Shown: in pieces, positions 41,125 through 56,247 of the stretch
How positions within the stretch are numbered: the first letter of the stretch is position 1
Layout of the letters: every line of letters starts with the position of its first letter
Assembly (NCBI RefSeq): GCF_006345805.1
Contig: NC_043012.1
Location: 30,504,001-30,568,000, forward strand
DNA from: Octopus sinensis
Taxonomy: Eukaryota
Reading direction: 5' to 3'
Length of the DNA: 64,000 bases
Notes under the pieces: generated by a model
The model's database searches: none
What the model saw: only the letters and a program-made list of their open reading frames with translations
Told to the model about the DNA's origin: nothing
Program-made: the position numbers and the translations under genes

Positions 41125-41560
41125 TCGCCTTTCTTCTTGACTATTCGTATCTCAAAGGGGCACGCAACATCAACTATATAGCATATGTGGTGCACCTTGC
41201 CCACTACCATTAGGTCCAGTCTGTTATGCTCTAACACCTGATCTGTTTTGGATTGGGAAATCCCAGAGGATTTTGCTAGTCTCCGACTCTGCCACTCTCT
41301 GCGGTTTGTGCTCATATCACGTTCTGCCTCTCTCTACCCCCCACTTTTCGCACAGTTTCCTATGTAGCACTTTCGCAACCTGATCGTGTCGCCACAACTT
41401 GTAGTGGTTTGGGGCAAGTCTAGGGCATTCGTTCGTGATATGGGCAATGATTTTGTCCACTCTATTGCAGATGTGGCACAGTGGAGACACTAGCTCATTC
41501 CTAAGGTTGACCCTCCAGTTCGTGGCCAAAGCTTGGTCTTGCACTGCCAGTATAGTGATC
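40660..41560 (-). mobile_element. R4/Dong-like RLE retrotransposon 3' fragment split by an internal (GATA)n expansion
   Basis: [46 protein letters not shown]-[microsatellite]-LWKMKVKAVPIIVGSLG. TAA-type repeats at both ends. Confidence 0.82.
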
Positions 41561-42080
41561 TCGGTCTCTTTATTGTTGTTATTATTATGCCTTTATTTTC
41601 ATTCATATAAGAAGCTGCACCCAAGTCTCTACGAGATGAGTCTAGGCATAACCAATTTTGCTTCTAAAGATGCAAACAGTTGAGATGCCACGCAATTGAA
41701 AAACCGATGTCCGTGCGTCTCAAAAAGAAACCTTTTTAAAATTTATTATAAAACTGAATAAGATTGTAGTTACATGGAGAGGAATTTACATAAAATATGT
41801 GAAGAACCCCATGAATATTTTGAGCTGCCAGGAATTTGGTCAACCTATCTATTTGCTCTTTTTGATATTATTCCAAGTGCCTCGATTACAATAGGTAAAG
41901 TTGTTGCTTTGAGATGCTGCATTCTTCTCATTTCTATCACTAAGTCCTTGAGGCGCTTCAGAAGTTGAGCAAATATAATTTGCTTAATTTCTCAAACATT
42001 TTCAGCAATATATTTTTTATCAGCTACGGCTGTAGTATCGATTAAAAGAGATCTTTTGGGAGATGTTAAGTAACATTAAT

Positions 42081-42271
42081 TTACAAAGATGATCTTGGAT
42101 CTATGAGAATAGCCTGGTGGCAATTATCCTGTGTCAGAACGATTCTATCATTTATGTATTTATAAATTCCGGACACTTTGTATATGTTTTTCCTTTCACT
42201 ATCCTCACACGATTTTCTGAAAGATTCCCCCACCCCATTTGTCATTATAATATCCCTTTTATCCGACACTC
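42081..42271 (-). CDS. Candidate alternative terminal exon (phase 1, about 63 codons), product unknown
   Basis: tttcttttgtttgctacag|GAGTG. Phase 1 reads GVSDKRDIIMTNGVG...DPRSSL*, while the other two phases stop within 10 codons. AATAAA at 41742-41747. No recognisable homology. Confidence 0.35.
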
Positions 42272-42632
42272 CTGTAGCAAACAAAAGAAATTTATGATTA
42301 TTATTATCATTATTATCATTGTCTTTCCTTTTTTGGTTACTTTGCTTGCTGATTTAGTGCGTTTGATGTTAGGCAAGAGAAGATAAATGGATGACTTTCA
42401 ACATTACAACACTTGTTCCAGTAAAAAAAAAAAGGTTTGCTTCACACGGGACATAAAAATGTAAGCATAAGAATAATGTAAATTTAAATATAAAAACACA
42501 ATTCTAAGCATTGAATTTTGATTTCTAAATTTTTATGTAAGCATAGAGGTGAATGAATATAATTGCTATTGAGAAACTCAGCCGTTTGGGGTAGAATGCT
42601 GTATGCATTCTGCTTTTGCCTGTTGCACTCAC

Positions 42633-42653
42633 CTTAAAATGTGTCAGCACGCG
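42633..42653 (-). other. Candidate 21-nt exon with consensus splice sites; contains TAA in phase 1
   Basis: cctcttttgtag|CGCGTGCTGACACATTTTAAG|gtgagtg. Confidence 0.3.
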
Positions 42654-42975
42654 CTACAAAAGAGGCGCCATTGCTTTATTTCTAGAATGTTCATAAGTTC
42701 ACAATAAGTTTACGCTAGCAAAACAAATACAGGATTTTGTGTTTGTGTATATCTTTTACCTTTATCTTTTTTTTTGTTTCAGCCATTGGACTGCGGCCAA
42801 GCTGGGACACCATATTGAAGGATTTTAGACGAACTTACTTTTTATAGACTGGTAATTCTTCTATCAGTCTCTATTGTCGCACTGTTAAGCTACGGAGACG
42901 TAAATAAACCAGCACTGATTATCAAAAGTGGCGGGATAAACGCAAACATAAATACACACACACACACACCACACA

Positions 42976-43043
<68 letters not shown>

Positions 43044-43899
43044 ACATACATACACATATACTAGTATATACGACGATCTTTCAGTTTCCGTCTACCAAAT
43101 TTTTTCACAAGGCTTTAGTCCGTCCAAGGCTGTAGATAAGGACACTTGCTCAAGGTGCCATGCAGTGGGACTAAACTCCGAACCATATTCTTCGGAAGCA
43201 AACTTCTTAGCACACAGCCACGTCTGCGCCGATATGTATGTGTGTGTGTCTGTGTGAGTGCGTGTGCATACCCAACCACACACACACACACAAGCAGACA
43301 TTACAGATTGGTGAACTAACGAAAGAAAATGGCATTCTACAAATCTGGTTAAAGTTGTAAGTTCGACACCGCCGCTTTATTGAAAAGTTTGTGGATGCAG
43401 AAAATGCCTTCATTGTCAGATGTACAGGGCCAGGGCCTCCCCCTCCCCACACCATATTATATAAGCATACAAGCAAATATGACTTGGACACATGCTCCAT
43501 GCTTTGACTAATTCGGGGACCCTGCAGTTGAGCCCCTGCACTTGGACAGCATCTCGGTTCTCACATTCTTGACCCGGAGGAATATTTGAGGATGTGACAA
43601 CTTGAAGCAAAGATGTTTGCTCCAGCACTTGGTTGGCATTTATTTTCAGCTGAGTGAACCGGAGCAACGTGATATGATGTGCCTTGCTGAAGGAAACCAT
43701 GTCCCTCTCGGTGCAGGAACCGAATGCCCTACCTTATGATCGTAAAGACAACACTCTAACCGCTAGGCCACGTGCCTTCATGCCTCGGTAGAAATGACAA
43801 GTCATCATCATCATCCTCAACATCATTACTATCGCCACCACAGCCCAACGTCACACCCGCCGCCACCATCTGAGTTATAATGATGAAACTTTCTTACAC

Positions 43900-44185
43900 A
43901 GGTGGAAGCACATGGCCCAATGGTTAGAGCAGCGGACTCGCGGTTTCGAATCTCAGACTGGGCGATGTGTTTATGAGCGAAACACCTAAGATCCACGCGG
44001 CTCCGGCAGAAGGTAATGGCGAACTTCTGCTGATTCCTTCACCACAACTTTCTCTCACTTTTTCCTCCTGCTTCTTGCAGATCACCTGCGACGGACCGGT
44101 GTCCCATCCAGGTGGGGAACCTATACACCACGGAAACCGGGAAACCGGCCCTTATGAGCCAGGCATGGCTCGAGAAGGAACAAAC
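43900..44185 (+). mobile_element. tRNA-derived SINE (family D)
   Basis: Head ggaagcacatggcccaatggttagagcagcggactc...ttcgaatc; tail ggaaaccgggaaaccggcccttatgagcc. Confidence 0.6.
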
Positions 44186-44873
44186 AGGTGTACAATGCTA
44201 AAACTTTAAAACTTATAATAATTAATAATAATTTCATATTTGGGCACAAGGTGAAGGATTTAACGGGAGAGCGTATGCCGATTACATCAACCCCCCTCCC
44301 CAGAGTTTTACTGGTTCTTATTTTATCGACTTTGAAAGGATGAAAAGCAAAGTCGACCATGACGGAATTTGAACTCAGAACGTAACCGGACAAAATACCG
44401 CTAACGATTTTGCCGAGTTGTCCCCTTAAAGAAAACCTCGGCGGAATTGGAGCAAAGAGCGTAGGGAACAAGAAATGTTTCTAAGCGTTTTGCCTGACGT
44501 TCTAACGATTCTGACTTTCTAACGATTCCGTAATATTGCGAAATAATTAAGTAAATAGATAGCATTATTATATATTTGTAGAAATGTTTAGGCGTAGGCT
44601 TACTATATTCTTAAGAGCTTTGATTCGCAACCACGTGGTTTGGTTTCAATCCCATAGCGTGGTACCTTGGGCTTATGCAATCTCTATCCACAGTCTCAGG
44701 GGTGAGTTGTGATTGATTTTGGTAGATAGGAAACTGTCTAGAAACCCGAAATATTAATGCACACATACATACATACATGCATACATACATACATACATGC
44801 ATGCATGCATACATACATACATACATGCATACATACATACATACATACATACATACATACATACATACATACA

Positions 44874-44906
<33 letters not shown>

Positions 44907-45264
44907 GTGTGTGTGTGTGTGTGCTTGTCCTTTATCGCTTGAAAACTGGCACTGATTCTTATGTTCCTGTGAGTTGGCGGTTCGACAAAAACGAGCTCGA
45001 TGAGTTAGTACAAAGAACAGGAGGCAATTTGGACGACTCAACATTTCAAGACGGTGCTCCAGCATGGCTGCAGTTCAGTGTTTGAAACGAGCAAAAGAGT
45101 AAGATAAATTTCTTAAATTATATATGCATGCACACGCGCATATAACGCTTAGGTAAACCTTTATCTTTCCTCTCTCATATTAGAAATGACTTTCTCTGAA
45201 GGTCGTTTAAGAACTTCCGTGTTTACGTGCCAAGGACGTTTGACTCATGTTGTTCGCAAACAGC

Positions 45265-45304
<40 letters not shown>

Positions 45305-47512
45305 TGTGTGTGTGTGTAATACTCCCCACGTATCGGAAAATTTTCTGTTCTCCCCATCGCCTAACACTTGTGTGCCTATATAAGTAAGAACCGGTGAGGT
45401 CGTTCTCGTTACCTGCTGCTGTTGATGCTGGCTCCGTGTTGAAGATCTCGTCTTCTAATTATCTTCGCACTCGTTTATCTTCATTCCTATCGCAGCATTT
45501 TTGCCATGTGATATATAATAACCCCCCCCCACCAACATTGTTCTAGTATGATCGTACCATGATACGATACATCTGCTTATAACTTACATGTACATCCACA
45601 CACTCACTTACGCACAAACGTGTATGACCTTGTATGTATATATATTGTGTGTGTATGTATATATATATTTTTTTTTTCATACATATATATGTACATATAA
45701 CTATATATACACATATGTGTGTATATATATATATACGCAGACACACATACACGCGCATCTTTCTATTATAGATAAACTACTGCTTATTCTCCAAAGTAAA
45801 AAGCCACTAACCGAAAGCTGATAGAGATAGATAATACATATCATGTGCACGATGGGATAAAATAAACAACTACAAAACAATAAAAGCAGGAATACAAAAT
45901 TACTTTGAAACAAACGAAACCCATTGATGTCACAAAGGAATGTCAGAATAGAATGTTTTCTAAATACGAACGCATTAACACACAAATTGGTGAATAACTA
46001 CAACAAAGAGGAGTTAGTCGATACTATGGATCCTCGTATTTGACTTGTATTTTATTTGATCACGACAGGATTTGAACTCAGATTGTGAAGAGCTTGAAGA
46101 AATTCTACAAGGCAATCTTTTTCTGGCGTTCTCACGGTTCTGCCAATGTACCACCGTCACAATCAAATGTTAACATCAAATGCAGACGATTCAACCTTTG
46201 CAAAAGGACAACTGACCATACTAACCGTTCCTTCTAAGAGTAAATATATTCATAGAGAAGGTCGAGTCAACGGCTATGTCGACTGGGCAATATGGCGACA
46301 ATTCAGTTTGTTAACAGATGAGAATTACAATTATATACTGAAAGATGTCCTTGACAACGCTATGTCTACAATCACCTGGGGCATGGCCGTCCAGACTGAC
46401 AAGGAAATCTAAGTGAACCATTCAGACATAATTATCAAGGAATCGACCGAAAATACATACAACTCTGATACATATTTCGATCTCTTCTGATCAAATAAAC
46501 ACCCGGAAGTTGGTGAAGAATCTTAGTCCAATGATGTTGATACTGAAATAATGCGTAATATATCATTATCATCAACATAACAGCAACAACAACTGGCAAC
46601 CAGCGACCTAGGCGTTGAGGACATCATAGGACGATATACAGCACATAGAAAGGCGGGTGGGCGGTTGGTAGGGTACACCATTCAAAATTAAATCAACCTC
46701 AATAAAAATATAGTAAAAGATATAAAAACAGAATTTGAAAACTCAACCGGAAATGAGCGATCTCAATAACGGGGTGGTTCAGTTAATTGGAGGGGAATAT
46801 CCCTTACAAAAATGACCCGATAACTCGAAAGAACCCTCTTCCAGTTTTCTCCTACTTACAATAACATACTCACAGGGGGTGGGGGTCAGTCTTGCCACTC
46901 CCTTTCACCTTTCAATAAACGCACTACAAGGCATCATCTCCCTCTCTATTCTCACCTTCTTCATGAAACACTTGTGAGAACTTGAAATGATAATAATAGT
47001 AATAATCAAAATAGTAATAATAATGATAATAATAACAACAACATCAATAATAAATGATAAACATAAAAAACAAATGATAAAAATAGTAATAATAACAATA
47101 AATGCTATAATACTAAAAATAAAATCGCTTCTGATAATAATTAGAATAACAGTAATAGCAACAACAACAATAATAAAAATGATAATAATATACAATAAAA
47201 GCCACAAAAATAAAGAACTGACAATAAATAACGAAACAGCGAAATAAAGGGAAAATAGAGACAGACAGACAGACAGAAGGACATGAAAGATTACCGATAA
47301 TCGTTTGATTTGTATAGAATTTGTAACAAACGATGCAGCGTGTTATATTTTAATTTATGCGCACGATTAATGCAAAGTATTAAATACATATAAACATAAA
47401 ACGTGTTAAAGTAACAGAACTTTATCATAACATAATTAAGATATTATTTCATAACAAACGTAACATAACGAACAACACATAATTCGTATATAAACAATCA
47501 CGGCGTGTGTGT

Positions 47513-47605
<93 letters not shown>

Positions 47606-47959
47606 ATACATATATACATATGCGTGCATATATATGAGTATGCATATATATGTGCATATGTATATATATATATATATATAATATATATGTATATGAATAT
47701 ATATGTATATGCATACATTATATACATAAACATATATATAGACACATACATGCTTATATATATATACAGATACACACACACTCACTCACACATACATACA
47801 CAAAAACAAACATAAACACTTGAGAGGTGGCAAATAAACGTAAGAATAAAGCGTTTGCAACGGAGAATTTGGTTTTGATCATAATTCCTGTAAAAGCAAT
47901 GTTTGTCAGTTGACTACCAAAAACTCCTTAAAGCATGCTGAACAGAACAACATAACATC

Positions 47960-48322
<363 letters not shown>

Positions 48323-49241
48323 TTCCGAGAACGCTGCCGTTGTTCTCTTTTAGAGAGACTTAGTAATTTTAATATTTCTAATATATATATATATACATAC
48401 GTGTTATATGTTTGCATATGTACGTAGTATAACATGCTTACAATGAACACATGACAAGGCATACATTACGTTCCGTTAAAAACCGTTCCATGTTAGACGT
48501 GTCTCCGATGTAGCGTTTGTTTCGTTGCATTTTCTTTTATTTTTGTTATTTATTTCAGTTATTAGGTGATCGATAGGGTGGGGATGAGTTTATGCCATCA
48601 ACTGTATTGGTATTATTGATTTTATGGAAAGTACAGGGTGGCCCCAAAATAGGTTTACAATCATTCAACTATCTCTTTAAGTTTAGATCTCAGTTATAAA
48701 AGCAAATATGAAACCCTTATTTTATGCTAATTTATTTAATTTTGTCAAGCTCCCTTTTCAGTTTGTAAGAGAAATTTAAATGCAATAAAATGTCTTACAA
48801 GAAATTTAAAGTGCCTACGTGATTACAGCAAACCTACTTTTGGGCCGCCCTCGATTGTATTTTTAGGTATTGCTAACCTGGTGAAAGAAATTCATATACA
48901 TTTGACTATATATATAATATCTGCACATATAGACGCATATACAAAAGCGCATATACTCCCACACATGCAACCTTAGATTGAATCAGAACAGATACGTACA
49001 CACAGATACGTACAAGCAAATATTCATCGACTTATGCGTCCAAACACACAGAATCACAGTTTTACACACACGCACCCAGATGTATCCACAAACTTATACA
49101 TATATGGACGCATATATGTACTCACATGCGTTGACGGATGCATCTACACACATTCATAAATACATACGAACACGCATATGTATGCATATATGTATTTATA
49201 TATGTATATATACATATATATCCACATATATAAACAATTAC

Positions 49242-49289
<48 letters not shown>

Positions 49290-49578
49290 ATGTGTGTGTT
49301 GTGTGTATGTATACGATTGCCAACATGTACAATAACTCCATGTGCTTTCTTTCGCCAGGTTTACGAATTTTAAATCTTTTCCATTCTAGTTTATGTCTTC
49401 TTTGCCCAATTTCTCTCAGCCTTCCTCCTTTCCCGATTCTTGAAGAATTATGTCTGAAATCTTATAGCCATTAATTTTTTCCATTCCTACCTGAGCGTCA
49501 AGCAAATGACATCGATAGTTAACTTATAACTTCTTTACTTCTTCCTTTGTTTTTTTTTATATTGTTATTATAATTATT

Positions 49579-49622
<44 letters not shown>

Positions 49623-49624
49623 CA

Positions 49625-49655
<31 letters not shown>

Positions 49656-50075
49656 TTCTGATATATTTACGTTCATGCACGCCCACAGACAAACACGTAC
49701 ATAAACACAGACACTGTATACAGACAGAGTGAAGCTGTATGTTGATTCTGGTTAGTTATAATCTGTAAGCCTTGATATGACTTCTGCTTCCTGTTAAGGT
49801 TAGTACGACAGTTCAGTGACGCCACCTCTCGGCAATGTCTTACTTTTAAAGATTCTGTGGGATGTTGAAGGAATATGTTGTTATAATTAGTGTCGGTTGA
49901 CTACATTGGGTGACATGGACAGAAAAATTAATAGCTGGGTACAAAGAGTATAATTAGATAGGTAGAAAGATAGATAGATGATCACAAAGATCGATCGATC
50001 AATAGCTGGATAGGGAGAGTAATTGAAAAATGAGAGCGTAACGAGAAAAAGTGAAAGTGTGATAGGCGTGAGAGG

Positions 50076-50133
<58 letters not shown>

Positions 50134-50708
50134 AAAAATAAATATGTATGATGCATTATACGTGCTAATCTTCTACTGGAGTCGATTCTCGTCTGAAGAG
50201 GGAGAAACGACCAAATAGGTTTCTATTTATCAACCCATAAACGATGAGAGACAAAAGTGAGCTTACTGGGATTTGAAATGAGAGAGCAGAGAACTGCAAT
50301 GATTACAACAAAGCAATCGATCCGGCGTGTGTGTATTTATGTATGTATCTATGTGTGTGGGTGTGGTGGGACGAGTTTTTGAATGCTTCGATTCGGAGAT
50401 TAGACGCATGAGGCGAAAGCTTTTTTGGTATACTTTGGTGTCAGGTTTCCCAAAGACATCTTGAGGCGAGAAGCGTAAATTAACCGTTTAAGTTGTGGCC
50501 AGTTGCTTCTGCAAGAACAAGCGATACGATTGGAGGAAATAAAAGAACCAAACAAGTTGTTGATGTTTGCTGTTGGTAAGCAATTAGCGAGCAGAACGAT
50601 TAGCAAAGCCATTGCAACTCTGACCATCCCGCTATTCTCCCCTCCCCACTCGCAGGAAACTTAGTTCCATCATTACATAAACGTGTGCATTATATACACA
50701 TATACATA

Positions 50709-51217
50709 TCTATATATATAAAACTGTAGTTGTGTGAGTGTCTGTCCCCTTCGATTTAGATTCCTAACTCCTCCCACATTTTGCGGTGCAGTTTAACCAA
50801 ATTCGGGTATCTTATAGTCGTGATTATATCGAGCTCGTCTGGCTATTAGCGCGCGCTACGATGAGTCTACGATTTAAAAAATAATTTAACATCATTTTTT
50901 ATTTCATTTTAATGCATAATTTCGTGTGTCGATGGCGGCGGAGTTGGCGTCCACGCTCACAACACCTGCACCTGTGTTTGCTTCTCCCCCTTCTTCCCTC
51001 CCTCGTGAAGCTGTAGGGAAGGAGTTAAGGAAATCAACGTCGTAATGCGTTGTCAAGGAGACCAGCGTTCTTTTAGAACAACGACTTCATGGCTGAAGAC
51101 ACCAAAACAGAAATGCTAAGAAAGCCCGAATTGGCATCTATAAGGAAGTAACTCTCTAAAAATGCTTATATAGTTATTTCCCTTACAAACCCGAGCAACG
51201 CCGGGCGATACTGCTAG
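50709..51217 (+). mobile_element. Non-autonomous Helitron
   Basis: Starts A|TC, ends CTAG|T, with a subterminal hairpin cccg-agcaacgc-cggg (51190-51205). No TSD. Confidence 0.8.
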
Positions 51218-51761
51218 TACATATATATACATATATGTTACACACACACAAGCTCCAAACCTATTCCAACGAGACTGGTGTTGGCCTGCGTCAGCAAGAC
51301 TTGTAAGATTTAGTTAAATCGGCAGAAAGAGTGGAGTGAACTTGCTGTGAGGTGTGGAAAAGTCCGATGTCTCGGAGAAAAATTATTGAACCAGTTTTTT
51401 TTTTTGTTCTGGGGTGATAAAAAGATGCGGTATAGTATTATTTTCTCTTTCCTCATTTTTTTTCCCGATGAAGGTAATCTGTCCAAAACGTTCGATTTTC
51501 CACTCGCCATGGTAAGTTTACTGTCCTCTTTCTGTTTTTTTTTTCACTATGTATGTAGGAATATATATTTGTGTGTGTGTATATATGTACATAAGGAACC
51601 GCAAAAGTTGATAAAGGAAAGAATGAAATGAAAAGAAAATGAATAGAAGCATTGCAACAAGGATTAAATAAAATAAATGGAAGCGATGCGTATATATATA
51701 TATAGAATATATGAGCATGAATGTGTGTGTGTGTATGTGTCTGTATTCTTATATGACTCAC

Positions 51762-51773
51762 CAGCTTTCGATG
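51762..51773 (-). CDS. Candidate 12-nt micro-exon (array unit 6), phase 1: (A)SKA
   Basis: ctacatctctcttgcag|CATCGAAAGCTG|gtgagt. Confidence 0.62.
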
Positions 51774-51906
51774 CTGCAAGAGAGATGTAGGAACAAAATG
51801 TGAAACATATAAAGAAAATTTCAAACGAGCTTTGAATTGGAATATACTGTCTATATTGTGTGTAGGTATGTATGTGCTATATTATATATATATCTTATAT
51901 ATATGC

Positions 51907-51972
<66 letters not shown>

Positions 51973-52169
51973 TATAATATATAGATATCTATATATATAT
52001 ATTATATATACATATACTATATATATCTGTATATAATAAATATGTACATATAAGTTTATGGATATATATGGTATATGTATATATAACAATATGAACAAGA
52101 ATGGAGAAAATCCCTCTTTGATGGTTACACGATACATTACCGACAATCGTTTAAATGCAAAACCTCTAC

Positions 52170-52261
<92 letters not shown>

Positions 52262-53199
52262 AGAGAGAGAAAGGAGAGAGAGAGAGAGAGAGAGAGAGGC
52301 AGATAACAATGTTTTCATATAGTTTATGATTTTTCTCTTCCAGTTATCATCATGGCTTGGATTGGTGTGGGGTTTAGTGTCGAAACGCATACAAGAATGG
52401 CGAATGTGAAGTTTTTGCTGCACTCTCTCTCTATGCACTAACATACACACACCTTAGTGTCCAGACATGCTTAAGTATTACTTCCAGCTTCCATCATTAT
52501 TTGATTCAGTATGTAATAAAACGAACACAATATGTTACGTTTTCTGTTATTCACGAAAAAACGCTGCAGAAGGAAACTGTTCACGTGACTTAAGTTACTG
52601 AGGACGAGGCTTAGCTAGAGTGTTGCAAATCTGTGGTAGATGTCATTTACCGTTGGAAAATCGAATGAAGATTTGGCAGTAATCTTTATCGTCGTTATCA
52701 TCGTCATCTTTCTTAATATTATTTCATAAAGACGTCATTTATATATATTGAAATGCATAGATAACGAGTGAAAATAACATTAATATCAAAATAATTATAA
52801 TGATATAAACATAATGAAATAAAGACGAAATCAATGTTGGAGTTACATGTATTGTAAAAGATATAACAAAGATATAACTAACAGATGTGATAGAGATAAT
52901 CAAAAATATTTGATAAGAATAATGAGAAGGAAAGCGATACGGTGTTTATAGCAACAGGAAGCAGAAATTGGAAAAGAATAAAAGGAACAGTAGAAATTGG
53001 TAAATAAAATGGTAATAGAAAAGAATGAAAGGAAATTAAGTTGGAACAATGCGAGAATGTAAAGAACGTGATTAGAAGCAATGGGTATTGGCGAGAGATA
53101 AATAGATAGAAAGAAATAGGCAGGCAGACTGATAGAGAGAAACGATGAAGGGAGAGAGAAAGTGGCGAGAAAGAAGAAAGAGACATAGAATGAGAAAGG

Positions 53200-53202
53200 T
53201 AT

Positions 53203-53237
<35 letters not shown>

Positions 53238-53420
53238 TATATATATATATCAAGAGAGAGGAGAGAGAGAGAGAGAAAGATATATATATATATAAAGAGA
53301 GAGAGAGAGAGAGAGAAAGATATATATATATATATATAAAGAGAGAGAGAGAGAGAGAGAAAGATATATATATATATAAAGAGAGAGAGAGAGAGAGAGA
53401 GAAAGATATATATATATATA

Positions 53421-53457
<37 letters not shown>
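53200..53457. repeat. Compound (GA)n-aaga-(TA)n minisatellite, about 5 units
   Basis: Repeated aaagagagag...gaaagatatatatatat units. Confidence 0.85.
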
Positions 53458-53463
53458 GCTAAC

Positions 53464-53472
53464 CAACTTGTG
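53464..53472 (-). pseudogene. Decayed paralogue of the micro-exons (unit 5), with CAT in place of the acceptor CAG
   Basis: gctttcat|CACAAGTTG|gttagc. The upstream aaacattgtaaatatttc aligns with aaacatcgtaaacatttt of unit 4. Confidence 0.4.
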
Positions 53473-53976
53473 ATGAAAGCAATAATGCAAATGAGATAAG
53501 GAAATATTTACAATGTTTCCAAGAAAGCCTGGAGTTGAAGAATATTTTCTTCACGTTTCGCACACACACACACACACACACGTACACACACACACCACAC
53601 ACACACACATACGCACGCACGCATACATATATATCGTGTGATATATTTTTTGATAAAAAGGTGCAAAAACGAATGGAAGTTTCAAGCCTAATAAAGCATA
53701 CTGCATAATTAAAGAGGACTCGAAGAGATTAGGCGGCATTATAGTTCTTAGAATAACGGTGAGGTTCAGAATTTGGAATTTAGGCCAGAAAAATTTTATG
53801 TAAACAGAGCAAAATACCTGTACTACATATTACTTTGCCTGAGTACGCACACACGTATGTATATATGTATACGTTATTGTTCATTATAATTTAAGGCAAC
53901 TACAAATGATTGTATAATTTGTTATATGATTTATGTGACGTAAAGAAGCTCGTTTGCTTGTATTGTTATTAATATA

Positions 53977-54318
53977 TGCTGAGACTCCCTTCGGTCATAA
54001 ATGACCATGGGATCGCACCTTGAAAGTTACCCTCCGAGGTACAAGTCCTAGCGAGCTTGTTTATGGAAGACCAGCATTCGCCCATGCATACCGGCCTCGC
54101 TTCTCCACGCTACCAGTGTTATCCAAGGGAAAGGCAAAGGAGCCGATACAGCTTGGCACCAGTGATGACGTCGCAACTCATTTCTACAGCTGAGTGAACT
54201 GGAGCAACATGAAGTAAAGTGTCTTGCTCAAGAACACAACACGTAACCCGGTCCACGATTCGAACTCACAATCTCACGATCGTAAGCTCGACGCTCTAAC
54301 CACTGAGCCATGCGCCTT
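53977..54318 (-). mobile_element. tRNA-derived SINE (family C)
   Basis: Same body as 15232-15563. Partial copy at 43640-43782. Confidence 0.85.
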
Positions 54319-54326
54319 CACACACA

Positions 54327-54380
<54 letters not shown>

Positions 54381-55097
54381 GTATTACATATGATAGTTTA
54401 CTAGTTAGCTTTAGATGTTTCTCTTAAGGCCCAGTTAGGCAGCAGATTGAGTGTAGTAATTTCTCAAAGATAATTTGTTTGTCATACATAATCTGTCGTT
54501 GGTAATTTACCGAAACTATCTCCACGAATTATTATCCTCCTCACCGTCACATGTAAGACATCAACATTTATTTTTTTACTATTATTTGTTAAAAGAACTG
54601 TTAATTCTTGTTATTAAACTTAAACCCTTTAAGCTTGAGATTATAACGAAATAAATTATGGAATATAATTGCAATAACTTTGAAAATGCAAATAATATTA
54701 ACTAATTATTATAATAATAGTAACAATGATGGCAAATATGATCATAGTAATCATTATAATTGCTATTATTAATATTATTATAAGCATAATGAAAATGAAT
54801 AGGTAAGCAGAAGTAAGTATTGGAGTTATGTGTATTTCAGTCGGGGGAGTGATGTATTATATGGCAAAATTAAGGAGCGAAAGATCAGTGTTTTGCAGCA
54901 CGAAACAGAGATGTAAGTGTATAGCCATCCTTATTTGATATATTAAATGAACGAAGAGAGGGTGACGAGAAGCGATGCGAGAACGGAAAGTAAATGAATG
55001 AAAGCAATGCCAGGATTTGAGGAAAATTGATGGAAGTAAAACAAAGAATGAATGAATTTTAAATGATATAAGTAAAGAACATGGAAGTTATATATAT

Positions 55098-55131
<34 letters not shown>

Positions 55132-55236
55132 AGAGAGAGAGAGAGAGTGAGAGAGAGAGGCAGAGATTGTGTGAGACAGTAAGATAAAGATATATATAGA
55201 AATAGAGTGAGTGACAGAGAGAGAAATTAGACTCAC

Positions 55237-55248
55237 CAATTCGATATG
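55237..55248 (-). CDS. Candidate 12-nt micro-exon (array unit 4), phase 1: (A)YRI
   Basis: ctatatttttttacag|CATATCGAATTG|gtgagt. Confidence 0.62.
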
Positions 55249-56171
55249 CTGTAAAAAAATATAGTGCAGAAGATATAAAATGTTTACGATGTTTTTAGGT
55301 GAACTAACAATTGAAATATACCGTTTTCGTGTTCCGTAGAATATATTTTCAAAGTTTTCGTTGCCAATTAAAATGTATGACTCTAACTCGGATTCTTCCA
55401 GCATTTTTCAATGGCAGACATTTCTGAATGTGTTGTGTGAATTTTAGATAGCATCGTGTGAAAAAAAAAAAAAAAGCATTCGATACGAATGGATAGAGTA
55501 ATGTATAGGCATAAGATAATGCAAACCACGGATCATCCATCGTGGTTGCTATCAGAATCCCTCCAAAAACTAAATATCGTTTGACGAAATCATTTATTCA
55601 ATTATATCCTAGAAAATAAATGATTTGTCTCTGACTGTGATTTATAAGATGGTAATTAGGTTGATTAATCGACGTTCTCTACATATATGATTATGGTTAA
55701 AATTTATACTTAACCAGGGTGTAAGGACTATAATACGAGTATGTATGCAACACATATGTGTATACATAATATATGTATATACATATATGTAAACACACGT
55801 ATTATAAATTCTATTATTAAAATTATTGTAATCATATAAAGGTATAAATTAGGATAAAAGTAATAAATTAGAAAAATATTGACACTGCAGTTATAATAAA
55901 CGAGCGGTTTGGTTTGAATATTTGAATGTATTTTAATATGGGCCACAAGAGTATTGCAGGATTTGTTGTTTGCAGTACAGAACAGATGCAAAAGTAAAGA
56001 ACCATTAAAAATTGGTAAAAAAAAGAAAAAAGAATTAAATGGAAGGAATGCGAGAATGGATAGAAAGATGAATGGAAGTTCTGTAAGAATTGGAAGTGAC
56101 TGAATTGAAACAAATCAAGAATGAAAATGAATAAAAGGTATGTATGTGTATGCATATATACGTTATATATA

Positions 56172-56247
<76 letters not shown>

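Noticed and set aside
50400-50627. 75-aa ORF with hydrophobic N-terminus
   Set aside because: No recognisable family or splice context.
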